DNA from: Spirochaetota bacterium
GTDB lineage: Bacteria; Spirochaetota; UBA4802; UBA5550
NCBI GenBank assembly: GCA_963663865.1
Contig: OY760686.1
Span: 3,008,001-3,072,000 of the forward strand
Reading direction: 5' to 3'
DNA length: 64,000 nucleotides
Shown here: one piece after another, positions 19,654 to 29,995 of the stretch
How the letters are laid out: every line of letters starts with the position of its first letter
How positions within the stretch are numbered: position 1 is the first letter of the stretch
Notes under the pieces: model-generated
The model's database searches: none
What the model saw: only the letters and a program-made list of their open reading frames with translations
Told to the model about the DNA's origin: nothing
Made by a program: the position numbers and the translations under genes

Positions 19654-20172
19654 TTACACATCGGGAAAGTTTTTAGCCTCATCCTTAAGCCAATCCAGTT
19701 CAGCCACAAGGTGTTTCTGAAGATATTTCAAAAGATGAACATACGAGCTGCTGCTCTCGTCGCTCCTCTTGATCTTATCTGAGATACTCTCAATTTTTTC
19801 GCTTACAAGAGTGATCCGGTCATCAAGGAAAGATTCCTTCTGCTCATCCGAAAGAGCATTATAGAACATTAGAACTATATCGATATCAAAATGTATCAGA
19901 TTGTGGTCAAAATACTGCTTCAGCATTTTTTTGTAGTGCTTTCTGCCGGCGGGAAGGATTTCATACACATACCGCTCAGGGTTACCGCTCTCTTTTTCAG
20001 TCCCTACCCTTTTAACCCATTCATTTTCAACAGCCTTTTTAATGGCGTAATAGATTGAACCAAATTTAATATCAACGTAGTCTTCAAGACGTTCAACAAT
20101 TTTCTTTTTGATTTCATAGCCGTAGAGATTCCCTTCCATCAGAAGTCCAAGAATGGTAATTTCAATCTTCAT
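19654..20172 (-). CDS. PadR-family transcriptional regulator
   Basis: ILGLLMEGNLYGYEIKK...FGSIYYAIKK...RYVYEILPAGR. Confidence 0.9.
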   Translation of the reverse strand: MKIEITILGLLMEGNLYGYEIKKKIVERLEDYVDIKFGSIYYAIKKAVENEWVKRVGTEKESGNPERYVYEILPAGRKHYKKMLKQYFDHNLIHFDIDIVLMFYNALSDEQKESFLDDRITLVSEKIESISDKIKRSDESSSSYVHLLKYLQKHLVAELDWLKDEAKNFPDV

Positions 20173-20623
20173 GCCGCCCCCTCGCTTTCATACAATATTT
20201 TTACCGCTTCCACTTCCAGTACTGAGAATGCTACTTAAAAAAGGGTTATATGGGCAATTATACAATCTGGAATATGGAAAATCAATAATAATTATTGAGT
20301 ATTTAAAAAAAATTCGTTTTTTATTTATCCTGTCGTTTTCATCTATATCATCCGTTCAGCTGTATGTAAAAATGCGATATCGGACCGATACATCGTTTCA
20401 GACTCACCAGGCGCCGCTCGGCCTTCCGCTTTTATACATTCACAGTCCCGGCAAAAAGAACTCGGGCGCATGGGGCTAAGAATATTCGGTTGAAAAATAT
20501 GGGGAGCTATAATAATGACGTTAAATATAGATGATTTCCCCCACATTCATTATATTCTATGAATCGGGACTCATAACTCAAATTCGGGCTGCGGCTTGAT
20601 ACAAAAAAAGCGGGATACTTAAG

Positions 20624-20941
20624 ATGCCTGGAGACAATAAAAGCGACTTCGGTTATGAAGCCGGTACCGACCTTGAAAACAGCGTCAGGGAGCCCCGGCT
20701 ATACCGTGTTATCATTCACAACGATCACTATACTACTATGGATTTTGTAGTGCAGGTCCTGATGGAAATTTTTAACATGCCTGCCGCTAAAGCTACTAAT
20801 ATCATGATGGACGTTCACAAAAAAGGGGCGGGAATCTGCGGCGTCTACACGAGGGACATCGCTGCTACAAAGGTGAGCCAGGTACACGAAATGGCAAAAC
20901 AGCACAGCTTCCCCCTCAAATGTTCGTTCGAGGAAGCTTAA
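20624..20941 (+). CDS. clpS: ATP-dependent Clp protease adaptor ClpS
   Basis: YRVIIHNDHYTTMDFVVQVL...MMDVHKKGAGICGVYTRDIA...FPL. Confidence 0.95.
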   Translation: MPGDNKSDFGYEAGTDLENSVREPRLYRVIIHNDHYTTMDFVVQVLMEIFNMPAAKATNIMMDVHKKGAGICGVYTRDIAATKVSQVHEMAKQHSFPLKCSFEEA

Positions 20942-20962
20942 TTATACAGGAAACGTAATCTA

Positions 20963-23221
20963 ATGGAAATAAATAATCAGCTTAACATAGTTCTTATGGC
21001 CGCCTTCAACGAGGCCCAGAACAAACATCACGAGTACCTGACACCTGAGCACCTTCTCTACGCCGCGCTTTTTAATGATGAAGGCCTTAAAATTGTAGAA
21101 CTCGCAGGAGGCAGTTCCGAACGAATTATCGGGCGGCTCGAATCATTTTTTGAAAAACACATGACCACGACAGACAACGTTGAGCCTGTACAGTCGATAT
21201 CCTTCAAGAATATTATTGAAAGGGCAATCTGGCATACAACCACGGCTCAGAAGAAGGAGCTGGATATTGGCGATGTTTTTGTCTCACTGCTTGATGAAGA
21301 GGACTGCTTCGCAGCCTTCTTTCTGAAGCAGGAGGGCATAACCAGATATGATCTTCTCAATGTAATATCGCACGGCGTATCAATTTACCAGGACGACAGT
21401 GACCTTCCGGAAACAGAACCTGCCGGCGAGGAAGGGACAGAAGAAAGCTCTCCCCGCAAGAGCAGCCGAAAAGCGCTTGAATCATTTACGATTGACCTTA
21501 CTGCCAAAGCCCTTGAGGGCGCGATAGACCCTCTTATCGGCAGGGAAGATGTTCTTGAACGGACGGCGCAGGTTCTCTGCAGACGCGTTAAAAACAATCC
21601 AATCCACGTGGGAGAACCCGGAGTCGGCAAAACAGCAATTACAGAAGGGCTTGCGCAAAGAATTGCTTCCGGTGACGTCCCAAAACCTCTCTCAGGCAGC
21701 AAAATTCTTCAGCTTGATATGGGCTCAATCGTAGCAGGCACCCGCTTTCGGGGTGATTTTGAAGACCGCATGAAGAAAATCATATCTGACCTTCAGAAGA
21801 TGGAAAACGTAATCCTCTTCATTGACGAGATACATACCATCGTTGGTGCGGGCGCTGTTTCTGGCGGTGCAATGGACGCGTCCAATCTGCTCAAGCCGCT
21901 GCTTTCATCCGGCAAGGTAAGATGCATTGGATCAACTACCTACGAGGAATACAAAAAGTATTTTGAAAAGGACAGAGCCCTATCCAGGCGCTTTCAGAAA
22001 ATCGATATACCGGAACCGAGTGAACGTGAAACCGTAGAAATACTGCAAGGCCTTCGGGAACGATATGAGGACTTTCACGGTGTGGAATACCCTGAGGAAA
22101 CACTCGAGACAATCGTATCTCTGTCGGCTAAACATATCAATGACAGGCATCTACCCGATAAGGCCATTGATGTTCTCGACGAGGCCGGCTCATATGCGAG
22201 AATGAAACGGACTGAAAACGACACAACCGTTATCAAACCGGAAGATGTGGAAAGAATTATAGCCAGGATGGCCAGAATCCCGGAGAAAAGCGTATCGTCT
22301 TCCGAAAGTGTTAAGCTTAAAAATCTCGAAAAAGAACTCAAGTCGGTTATTTTCGGGCAGGATGAAGCTATTGAAAAAGTAACAGCGGCCATTAAAAAGG
22401 CAAGGGCCGGTTTCGCAAGCCCGCTTAAACCCATTGCTTCTTTCCTTTTTGCGGGGCCGACAGGTGTCGGGAAGACCGAGCTTGCGCGGCAGCTTGCCTC
22501 GGCAATGGGAGTTCCGATTCACCGTTTTGACATGAGCGAGTACCAGGAAAAACACACTGTCGCGAGACTGATCGGGGCCCCGCCCGGATATGTCGGCTAC
22601 GAAGAAGGCGGCCTGTTGACCGAGTCAATCCGAAACACACCTCACTGTGTGCTCCTTCTTGATGAAATTGAAAAAGCGCACCAGGATATTTTCAATACAC
22701 TGCTTCAGGTAATGGATTACGCCACCCTGACTGACAACTCCGGCCGCAAAGCTGACTTCAGAAACGTTATTATCATAATGACGTCTAATGCCGGGGCCCG
22801 CGATATCGGAAGATCAAAAATGGGATTTACCGACCGTTCAATAGACTCGGAGGCCGTCGACGAGGCCGTAGAGAGGTTCTTCTCCCCTGAATTCCGTAAC
22901 AGGCTTGACGCGGTTGTCAACTTTGCCGGTCTTTCCCGTGAAAACATACTCAGGATTGTCTCGAAAGCTGTTGATGAGTTCAAAGAGCAGCTTTCCGGAA
23001 AGGGAATCAGCCTGAACGTTACAGATGCCTGCCTCCAATTTATGGCCGACAGGGGATATTCACCCAAGTTCGGCGCAAGAGAGATTGCCCGCACAGTCGA
23101 GAACGCACTCAAGTCACATTTCATAGACCTCGTTCTCTTTGAAAACGTTGAACCGGGCACTCAGGCAACAGCAGATCTCGACGGCGACAAGATTGTTATA
23201 AGAACCGAAAAAAAGGATTAA
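20963..23221 (+). CDS. clpA: ATP-dependent Clp protease ATP-binding subunit ClpA
   Basis: HEYLTPEHLL N-domain, two AAA+ modules with no M-domain, an MGF ClpP-docking loop, and position directly after clpS. Confidence 0.95.
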   Translation: MEINNQLNIVLMAAFNEAQNKHHEYLTPEHLLYAALFNDEGLKIVELAGGSSERIIGRLESFFEKHMTTTDNVEPVQSISFKNIIERAIWHTTTAQKKELDIGDVFVSLLDEEDCFAAFFLKQEGITRYDLLNVISHGVSIYQDDSDLPETEPAGEEGTEESSPRKSSRKALESFTIDLTAKALEGAIDPLIGREDVLERTAQVLCRRVKNNPIHVGEPGVGKTAITEGLAQRIASGDVPKPLSGSKILQLDMGSIVAGTRFRGDFEDRMKKIISDLQKMENVILFIDEIHTIVGAGAVSGGAMDASNLLKPLLSSGKVRCIGSTTYEEYKKYFEKDRALSRRFQKIDIPEPSERETVEILQGLRERYEDFHGVEYPEETLETIVSLSAKHINDRHLPDKAIDVLDEAGSYARMKRTENDTTVIKPEDVERIIARMARIPEKSVSSSESVKLKNLEKELKSVIFGQDEAIEKVTAAIKKARAGFASPLKPIASFLFAGPTGVGKTELARQLASAMGVPIHRFDMSEYQEKHTVARLIGAPPGYVGYEEGGLLTESIRNTPHCVLLLDEIEKAHQDIFNTLLQVMDYATLTDNSGRKADFRNVIIIMTSNAGARDIGRSKMGFTDRSIDSEAVDEAVERFFSPEFRNRLDAVVNFAGLSRENILRIVSKAVDEFKEQLSGKGISLNVTDACLQFMADRGYSPKFGAREIARTVENALKSHFIDLVLFENVEPGTQATADLDGDKIVIRTEKKD

Positions 23222-23226
23222 GGACC

Positions 23227-23955
23227 TTGTACCGAGAAGACCTTCCCTTTCTGCTTAACAGGGACCCGATTTTTCCGCCTCCGGAACTTGCCACTAAATC
23301 GGGTCTGCTCGCCGTGGGAGGCGACCTTTCAACGGAACGCCTGATTGAGGCCTACAGAAACGGCATATTCCCCTGGTTCTCCGAGGGCGCCCCCCTTCAA
23401 TGGTGGGCCCCCGACCCAAGATTTGTGCTGTTTCCAAAGCATTTGAAAGTATCAAAATCTATGAAGCAGGTACTCAACCGCCAGATCTTCACAATAACAT
23501 TTAACAGAGCCTTTGAGGCCGTAATCTCAGCCTGTGCCGGCCCCAGAAGCGGTCAGCCAGGCACATGGATTACAGAGGATATGATAAAGGCTTATACGGA
23601 GCTTCACAGGCTTGGGTCCGCCCATTCTGTAGAGGCCTGGAAGGACGGAAAACTCTGCGGCGGACTCTACGGGATCGCTCTTGGCAAATGCTTTTTCGGG
23701 GAATCGATGTTTTCACGTGAAAGCAACGCCTCCAAGGCCGCGTTAATAACTATGGTAAAATCTCTTGAAGAGTACGGACTTGAACTTGTTGACTGTCAGG
23801 TTCACACGCCGCACCTTGAAAGCCTGGGGGCCTGTTTCATAAACAGGGATGATTTCATGCGCATTGTTTTAAAAAACAGGGGCTTGGAGACAATCAGCTT
23901 TTCCATGCCGGCCCGGGAGCACAGCTCCTTCGGACCTTCACTCAACGCTCACTGA
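23227..23955 (+). CDS. aat: Leucyl/phenylalanyl-tRNA--protein transferase
   Basis: GLLAVGGDLSTERLIEAYRNGIFPWF, TWIT, AHSVEAW, FFGESMFS and DCQVHTPHLESLG. Confidence 0.95.
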   Translation: MYREDLPFLLNRDPIFPPPELATKSGLLAVGGDLSTERLIEAYRNGIFPWFSEGAPLQWWAPDPRFVLFPKHLKVSKSMKQVLNRQIFTITFNRAFEAVISACAGPRSGQPGTWITEDMIKAYTELHRLGSAHSVEAWKDGKLCGGLYGIALGKCFFGESMFSRESNASKAALITMVKSLEEYGLELVDCQVHTPHLESLGACFINRDDFMRIVLKNRGLETISFSMPAREHSSFGPSLNAH

Positions 23956-26478
23956 CTCAAGCACCTCTTTGAGCTTTTCCCGCATGAACGGATAGAGCTT
24001 TCGGCCAGCGCCGCCGTCGAGAATGACAATACATTCAGGTTTTCTTACCGTGTAGACCTCCCTTACCATCGAATCGGGGCCCTTACCCGTAACCAGATAT
24101 TGTTCACCTCCCTCTTCCCATTTGTCTCTGACAGGAACGGCTCCATGATCGGCAAGCCACTTCCTGGCCTCATCCTTAAGAGCATTCTCACTGCCCTCAA
24201 ACGCGGCTATCCTGATATCGGCTACACCGCCCGGATGAGCAAAGACAGCTCCGGCTGCTCCAAATTCGGCCATCTTCTCCAAACGCACCCATCCAGAAGG
24301 AACGGTTACAGTTATCTTCAGATCTGAACCTGATATCTCATGTCTGTCGCCCGGGATTGCACTATCTCCGGTAGACCAGGATACGCGGGATATCTTCTGC
24401 AGCAGATACTCCGCCGCCTTTCTGTCAGTCATCTTATAGTTACGCTCATTCATTATCCATTTACCTATTATTACCGAGGGCGCCTTAAGCCTGGACGACA
24501 GGCCGGCCTCAACAAGCTGCATATCGGGAGCGTTCTTTAGCGCTACTCGCCTGCTGACAAAATGGGCCTTGAGAGCGCTTATGCCTGCGAGAGTTTCCAG
24601 CGCTGATGCAGTCAGCGCCTTACGGGCTTCTCCCTCAAGTTTCATTTTTTCAGGATGGAACTGCTTCATAACGTTTATAATCGACCCTGACGACACTGCT
24701 TTCGCGCATTCAGCTGAAACTAAGCCCTTTTCAATATCTTCATTAAATTTTTTAAACAGCAGTGCATAGTCTGTAAAAAAGCCTTCCGCGTATCCAAGCT
24801 TTTTCACAACATCAGCCTTGTACAGCGCTATGTCCGCAAGGGTCTCAAGCTCAAGAACAGAGCGGCTTTCAGCGAAATGCCTGACGCGATCTGCTTCAGC
24901 GGCCCGCATCTGACTAATATCAGCTGCGAACTTTCTGTATGATTCGACCGGTTTTGATTTAAAGATGCTTACTGCCTCAGCGGCTTCATGACGCATCTCT
25001 CGCGAAAAAAGAATAAACTCCCTGCTCCGCCTCCCCGTGATTACAGCCGGATAATTAGTTATTTCAATCAGGTAGCGGCTGATTCTTTCAGCCTTCAACG
25101 CAGAGGACCCAAAGTAATCGGAAATATACGCTGAACAGAGCGGAGTCAGCCCCTGCACCTCATCGCAAAGAGAGCTTACAAAGCGTGTATACTCATCAAG
25201 CTTTGCCAGTCTTTTTTCAACACGGCCTTTGCTGATATATTCGGGCTCCAATTTGAACGCGGATACCAGCTTAAGGAACCCCCGGCACCTCCCCCAGTAC
25301 TCAGAAGCCTCGTGAACCATTGCTTCAAATCGGACGCGCGCCGATCTGTAGTCAGGGTAGTTAATAAACCTTTCCCCAGCCGGCGCCTTCCTGACCCTTT
25401 CATTTTGAGTCTCATAGACGCGCCGGCCCGCTCCGGCGGCGCTCTCAATAATCCGTTCAGCCTTCCTTTCAGCAGCACTGAAGTCGTAATGCCTGCCTGC
25501 GGATGCGTATTTTAACGCGCTCTCCCTCAGACTGTTCAGGGAAGCAACAACCTCTATGCAGGGATATTCCGAAGGTACGACCAGACATTCACTGTCTCCG
25601 CCTGACTGACACTTTCCGGATGCTTCACCCACAGAGGCAATCTTTCTTTCGGCTGTAACACCGCCTTGAAACAATACCTTCTGCAATTCAGCGGGATTTT
25701 TGTATAGACGGTACAATTCCTCAGGCGACAAAATCTTTCCCGAAGGAAGCATCTTTCTAACCTCAAGCATCCTCGCGCATTCGTTCTCGAGGTGCATTCT
25801 CAGTTCAAACGCTGAAAATGTTCCATTAAAATCCGGCGATTCGGGAAAAGAGAGAGTCATTATCCCCCCCTTCTTTAAAAACAACTCGACAGACTCAGCC
25901 TCTGAAACTCCGGAATCCACTTCTTTTGTCAGCCTGGCGGCGAGCTCAGCCGAATAAATCTCCCGATGCGACGCAAACGCATTCATAAGAAGCTCAAGGC
26001 CGACTGATGCCTTCACCCGCAACCCGGCCTCGGCCGTCAAAAGACGTTCTGCTTCAACGGCTTCATCCCCCTGAAAAAAACGGGAAGCAATTTCGCCGGG
26101 TATTTCGCCCACTGCCCATTTTTTAAAAGATGCGTCGTAGAGGTACTCGTCCCCGGCTGATAGCAGCTGAAGCATGGAAAGGGCAACTGCCGACCGGGCG
26201 GCAGCATGTGTTCCGATACGAACTTCCCGACGGCCGTTGTCTGAATCGATGAGCTTCATGACATTCAAAGCAAGCTCGGCTTCTCTCTGAAATGCCGTTC
26301 TCAAGAATGGATTATCAGAGTACTTCTTCTCATTTTTCTCAATACGGCTTATATATGACTTCCACCAGTCAACCCTGCTCTGAGTTGAAGAATATGACGC
26401 CCCGCAGAAGAGAAGCATTGACACGCACAAAAGAACTTTTTTCATTTGGCAAGGACTCCGTTTTGACTTTAGGGACAA
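23938..26478 (-). CDS. Large hypothetical exported protein with a possible C-terminal PsbP-like domain
   Basis: 846-codon ORF with a signal peptide (MKKVLLCVSMLLFCGASYS), a long helical body and a C-terminal ITVTVPSGW motif. Confidence 0.7.
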   Translation of the reverse strand: MSLKSKRSPCQMKKVLLCVSMLLFCGASYSSTQSRVDWWKSYISRIEKNEKKYSDNPFLRTAFQREAELALNVMKLIDSDNGRREVRIGTHAAARSAVALSMLQLLSAGDEYLYDASFKKWAVGEIPGEIASRFFQGDEAVEAERLLTAEAGLRVKASVGLELLMNAFASHREIYSAELAARLTKEVDSGVSEAESVELFLKKGGIMTLSFPESPDFNGTFSAFELRMHLENECARMLEVRKMLPSGKILSPEELYRLYKNPAELQKVLFQGGVTAERKIASVGEASGKCQSGGDSECLVVPSEYPCIEVVASLNSLRESALKYASAGRHYDFSAAERKAERIIESAAGAGRRVYETQNERVRKAPAGERFINYPDYRSARVRFEAMVHEASEYWGRCRGFLKLVSAFKLEPEYISKGRVEKRLAKLDEYTRFVSSLCDEVQGLTPLCSAYISDYFGSSALKAERISRYLIEITNYPAVITGRRSREFILFSREMRHEAAEAVSIFKSKPVESYRKFAADISQMRAAEADRVRHFAESRSVLELETLADIALYKADVVKKLGYAEGFFTDYALLFKKFNEDIEKGLVSAECAKAVSSGSIINVMKQFHPEKMKLEGEARKALTASALETLAGISALKAHFVSRRVALKNAPDMQLVEAGLSSRLKAPSVIIGKWIMNERNYKMTDRKAAEYLLQKISRVSWSTGDSAIPGDRHEISGSDLKITVTVPSGWVRLEKMAEFGAAGAVFAHPGGVADIRIAAFEGSENALKDEARKWLADHGAVPVRDKWEEGGEQYLVTGKGPDSMVREVYTVRKPECIVILDGGAGRKLYPFMREKLKEVLESVSVE

Positions 26479-26525
26479 CCCCTGATCAAATTATCGTATG
26501 AATGTTTTGGAGGGATAAGTATAAA

Positions 26526-27611
26526 TTAGAAACGTATAGAGAATACAGTGCCGCCAGCTGAGCCGCAGGTCAAATCACCCTTCAGCTGAGAGACCAGAGC
26601 TTCGACAAGCTGGAGACCCAGCTTCCGGGCCGAACCCGCAACGTACGGCGGATCAATCCCTGCACCGTCATCAGCGACCTGAAGCTCCCTGTATCCGGAC
26701 GCGTCCCTTCTGAAGCGGATGAATATTCGCCCTTCAGCTCTATCCACAAAAGCATATTTCAGGGAGTTTGTGACCAGCTCGTTGAGAATCTGAGTGCACG
26801 GCATGGCCTCTTCAAGCCCGAGCATTGCACCCGAACTTTCGAGTTTCAGTTCCACATGAAGCCCTCTGCGGGCGTAACACTCTACGAGCTGTCCCGCAAG
26901 CTGTCCCGCGAACACTCCGAAATCTATTTCTCCAGGCGCACCTCCTGAGAGGATATTCTCGTGAAGCATGGCTATGGAACGGACGCGATGCTCACTCTCC
27001 CGCAGCAAAGTCTGACTTTTCTCATCTGTCGCGTTCAGGGCCTCCATGCTTATCAGCCCGGATATAATCTGCATACTGTTCTTCACCCTGTGGTGAATCT
27101 CCTTCAGCATCAGCTCCTTTTCCTTCAGTGTTCTCTCTGCGCGAATTGCAGATTTTGTGCGCTCTGAAAGCTCGTGTTCAAGCTCCCTGGTCCGGGCGCT
27201 AACTATGGATTCAAGCTGCTCCCTGTACAGTTCCAGCTCCTGTTCGTACTGTTTTCTTTTTATGACGCTCTGCAGCGTAAGGGCAAGTGTTTTAAGATAC
27301 GCTCCCTGCATGTCCCTCATTATAAAGTCATAAGCTCCCAGCTTGACCGCCCTTACCGCACAATCTTCTTCACCGGGCTTAGCGGATATGACAAGCGGAA
27401 CCGAGCTGACTCTTGATATCAGGCTCTCGGCTGTTCCCCCGGGAAGGGCGTAATCCGCCACTGCAACATCGTAACCGCCTTCATCAAGAAGATGACCCGC
27501 GTCCTCGAAATTTGTTGCAACAGAGTAATCGAATGGGAAATCGGGTTCAGAAGCTATCCCTGAAAGCAGCAGCGGATCTATTGGTTCACTGACTGCGAAT
27601 AAAATTTTCAC
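26526..27611 (-). CDS. Receiver-domain/histidine kinase (HisKA_2-type) hybrid
   Basis: N-terminal REC (VAVADYALP, GAYDFIMR), then EKELMLKEIHHRVKNSMQIISGLI, ILNELVTNSLKYAF, VADDGAG and LGLQLV. Confidence 0.9.
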   Translation of the reverse strand: MKILFAVSEPIDPLLLSGIASEPDFPFDYSVATNFEDAGHLLDEGGYDVAVADYALPGGTAESLISRVSSVPLVISAKPGEEDCAVRAVKLGAYDFIMRDMQGAYLKTLALTLQSVIKRKQYEQELELYREQLESIVSARTRELEHELSERTKSAIRAERTLKEKELMLKEIHHRVKNSMQIISGLISMEALNATDEKSQTLLRESEHRVRSIAMLHENILSGGAPGEIDFGVFAGQLAGQLVECYARRGLHVELKLESSGAMLGLEEAMPCTQILNELVTNSLKYAFVDRAEGRIFIRFRRDASGYRELQVADDGAGIDPPYVAGSARKLGLQLVEALVSQLKGDLTCGSAGGTVFSIRF

Positions 27612-27955
27612 CTATAATCACTCATACCTTTTCAATTCAATTATCATGTAGTCAATTCTAACTTCAAGGCTCCTTCCAGTCAATAGGCAAAAATCCCTTT
27701 AGCCTGTCCTGCTGCCCTTATAATTAAGTAAGTGTTTTCACCTACAGCGCTGTAATGAATATAATTCATCTGGCATACTATTGCCTCAGTTCATCAGCAT
27801 GGCAGAGAATGCGCGCCAGTTGATCCATTTCACGGGTATTATCATCACCCCAATGCCAAAAAAGTGATTGAAACCAGGGCCAGTTAACTGAGAATACCCT
27901 CCAGCTTAAACAAAAGCCCTGTTCTGGCATATTCGGCGCTAAAAGGAGATAGCAT

Positions 27956-29299
27956 TTGGCTTCGTTTATTAAACGATTTGAGATTTCTCCAATTCAGAAA
28001 GTCTTCTTCAGCTTTATTCTGTTGATTCTCACCGGAGCTGCACTCCTGTCGCTGCCCGCTTCAACGCGGTCCGGCATATCATTCGTAGACGCGCTCTTTA
28101 CCTCAACCTCGGCTGTCTGTGTTACAGGGCTTACCGTAGTAAACACAGCAGAAAGCTTTACAGCCTTTGGACAGGGCATAATTGCAGTTCTCATACAGCT
28201 CGGCGGTCTGGGGATAATGACCTTTTCTCTGTCGATATTTTCCCTCATGGGAGGCAGCCTCTCACTGAAATGGCGCTTTACCTTCGAGAACATATACAGC
28301 GACAGCAAGCTCAATCCCATAAAGGGGCTTCTAAAAAGAATACTCGTCTATACAATAACGATAGAAACAGCGGCAGCCCTTCTCCTGTTCTTAGCTTTTA
28401 TTCCAAAACACAGCGCTGTTGAGGCGGCTAGACATGCCGTATTTCATTCAATTTCAGCTTTCTGCAACGCCGGTTTCTCGACATTCCAGAAAGGACTCGT
28501 CCCGTATGCCGGAGACCTTCTTGTTGTAATAACCACAGCTGTCACAATTATGTCAGGTGGATTGGGTTTCCTGGTAATAAACGAGCTGTTCAGAAAACTC
28601 AGGCACAGGAGCAAAAAGCGCCTGACCCTGCACACGAAGATGGTTCTGTGCATGACCGCGGCACTTATAATCGGCGGAACGCTATATATCGCTTTTCTTG
28701 AATGGGACAGCTCGTTCTCTTCATTTTCTCTGCAAGAAAAGATTATCAGCTCTTTTTTCCAATCGGTTACCTGCAGAACAGCCGGCTTCAACACCGTTGA
28801 CATTTCCGGATTGAGACAGGGAACTCATTGCATAATGCTTCTGCTTATGTTCATAGGCGGCAGCCCCGGGTCGATAGCAGGAGGTATTAAGACAACAACT
28901 CTTTTTGTCATTATTGCGATGATAGCCGCGAGATTTAAAGGCCATTCCCAGGTAAGAATTGGAACAAGGGCCGTATCAAAGGATGTTATAGACAGGAGTA
29001 CGACACTTGCCATACTCTCGTTTACTTATATATTCATGGCGACCGCTTTCATGCTTGGAATTCAGAACATGGACAGCTCAAATTCCTTTCTCGCTGTCCT
29101 TTTTGAAGTCGTATCGGCCTTCGCTACAGTCGGCCTCTCAATGGGAGTTACTGAACATCTCTCTGGAGGCGGCAAAATGTTTATCTGCCTGACCATGCTT
29201 CTGGGAAGACTCGGCCCTCTCACCCTGATAATGGCTCTGACGTCAAGGGCCAGGAATATTCCGGTAGAATATCCGGAAGAACAGATTATGATAGGATAG
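27956..29299 (+). CDS. ktrB: Trk/Ktr potassium uptake membrane subunit
   Basis: FTSTSAVCVTGL, FHSISAFCNAGF, FQSVTCRTAGF, FIGGSPGSIAGGIKTTT and SAFATVGLS. Confidence 0.92.
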   Translation: MASFIKRFEISPIQKVFFSFILLILTGAALLSLPASTRSGISFVDALFTSTSAVCVTGLTVVNTAESFTAFGQGIIAVLIQLGGLGIMTFSLSIFSLMGGSLSLKWRFTFENIYSDSKLNPIKGLLKRILVYTITIETAAALLLFLAFIPKHSAVEAARHAVFHSISAFCNAGFSTFQKGLVPYAGDLLVVITTAVTIMSGGLGFLVINELFRKLRHRSKKRLTLHTKMVLCMTAALIIGGTLYIAFLEWDSSFSSFSLQEKIISSFFQSVTCRTAGFNTVDISGLRQGTHCIMLLLMFIGGSPGSIAGGIKTTTLFVIIAMIAARFKGHSQVRIGTRAVSKDVIDRSTTLAILSFTYIFMATAFMLGIQNMDSSNSFLAVLFEVVSAFATVGLSMGVTEHLSGGGKMFICLTMLLGRLGPLTLIMALTSRARNIPVEYPEEQIMIG

Positions 29300-29303
29300 A
29301 AAA

Positions 29304-29993
29304 ATGAAAAAATTCGCTGCAATAGGACTTGGCAACTTTGGAATGAATATGGCAAGAGTGCTTGTGGAAAACGGCTGCGAGGTACTCGGCATAGACAAAT
29401 CCAAAACCCTGGTCAACCAGGCCAAGGAATTTCTGACTCATGTTGTCGTAGGAGACGCTTCAAACCGGGAAGTGCTTGAGACGCTTTCTCTGACAGACTT
29501 TGACGGCGCTATTGTAAGCATCGGCCAGGATATGGCTCCGAGCATTCTAATTACCCTTTACCTGAAAGAAATCGGTGTTTCAAACATCGTTGTCCGCGCA
29601 ATCTCGGAAGATCACGGAAAGATACTCTCCATGATTGGCGTTAACGACATTGTTTTCCCTGAAAAGGAAATGGCTGCCAGGCTAGCGAACAGACTCTCAC
29701 TAAAAAACGCCGTCGACTACCTGCCGCTCGGAGAAGACTACGGCATTCTTGAAGTAACACCGCCCTCATCGTTCCTCGGCAAAAACCTGAAGGAACTCGA
29801 GATCAGGCAGAGGTTTAACTGCCACGTTATCGGCATAAAGTCTTATATAACCGCGATTGAAGCAGGGCATTACCCCGGCAAGGCTGAGAATGTAATTATC
29901 GCCCCTTCAGCAGATGAGGTTATTACAGATAAAAGTGTCATGATTATTGTCGGCCGCTACCAGGACATAGAGAAGATGAGAAATATCCGTTAA
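29304..29993 (+). CDS. ktrA: Trk/Ktr potassium uptake regulatory (RCK) subunit
   Basis: IGLGNFG Rossmann motif, VFPEKEMAARLA and an RCK_C domain. Confidence 0.92.
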   Translation: MKKFAAIGLGNFGMNMARVLVENGCEVLGIDKSKTLVNQAKEFLTHVVVGDASNREVLETLSLTDFDGAIVSIGQDMAPSILITLYLKEIGVSNIVVRAISEDHGKILSMIGVNDIVFPEKEMAARLANRLSLKNAVDYLPLGEDYGILEVTPPSSFLGKNLKELEIRQRFNCHVIGIKSYITAIEAGHYPGKAENVIIAPSADEVITDKSVMIIVGRYQDIEKMRNIR

Positions 29994-29995
29994 AG

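Noticed and set aside
27612-27955. c-di-AMP (ydaO) riboswitch or sigma54 promoter upstream of ktrB
   Set aside because: No riboswitch consensus blocks are visible, and TGGCATACTATTGC has GG-N9-GC spacing instead of the required N10.
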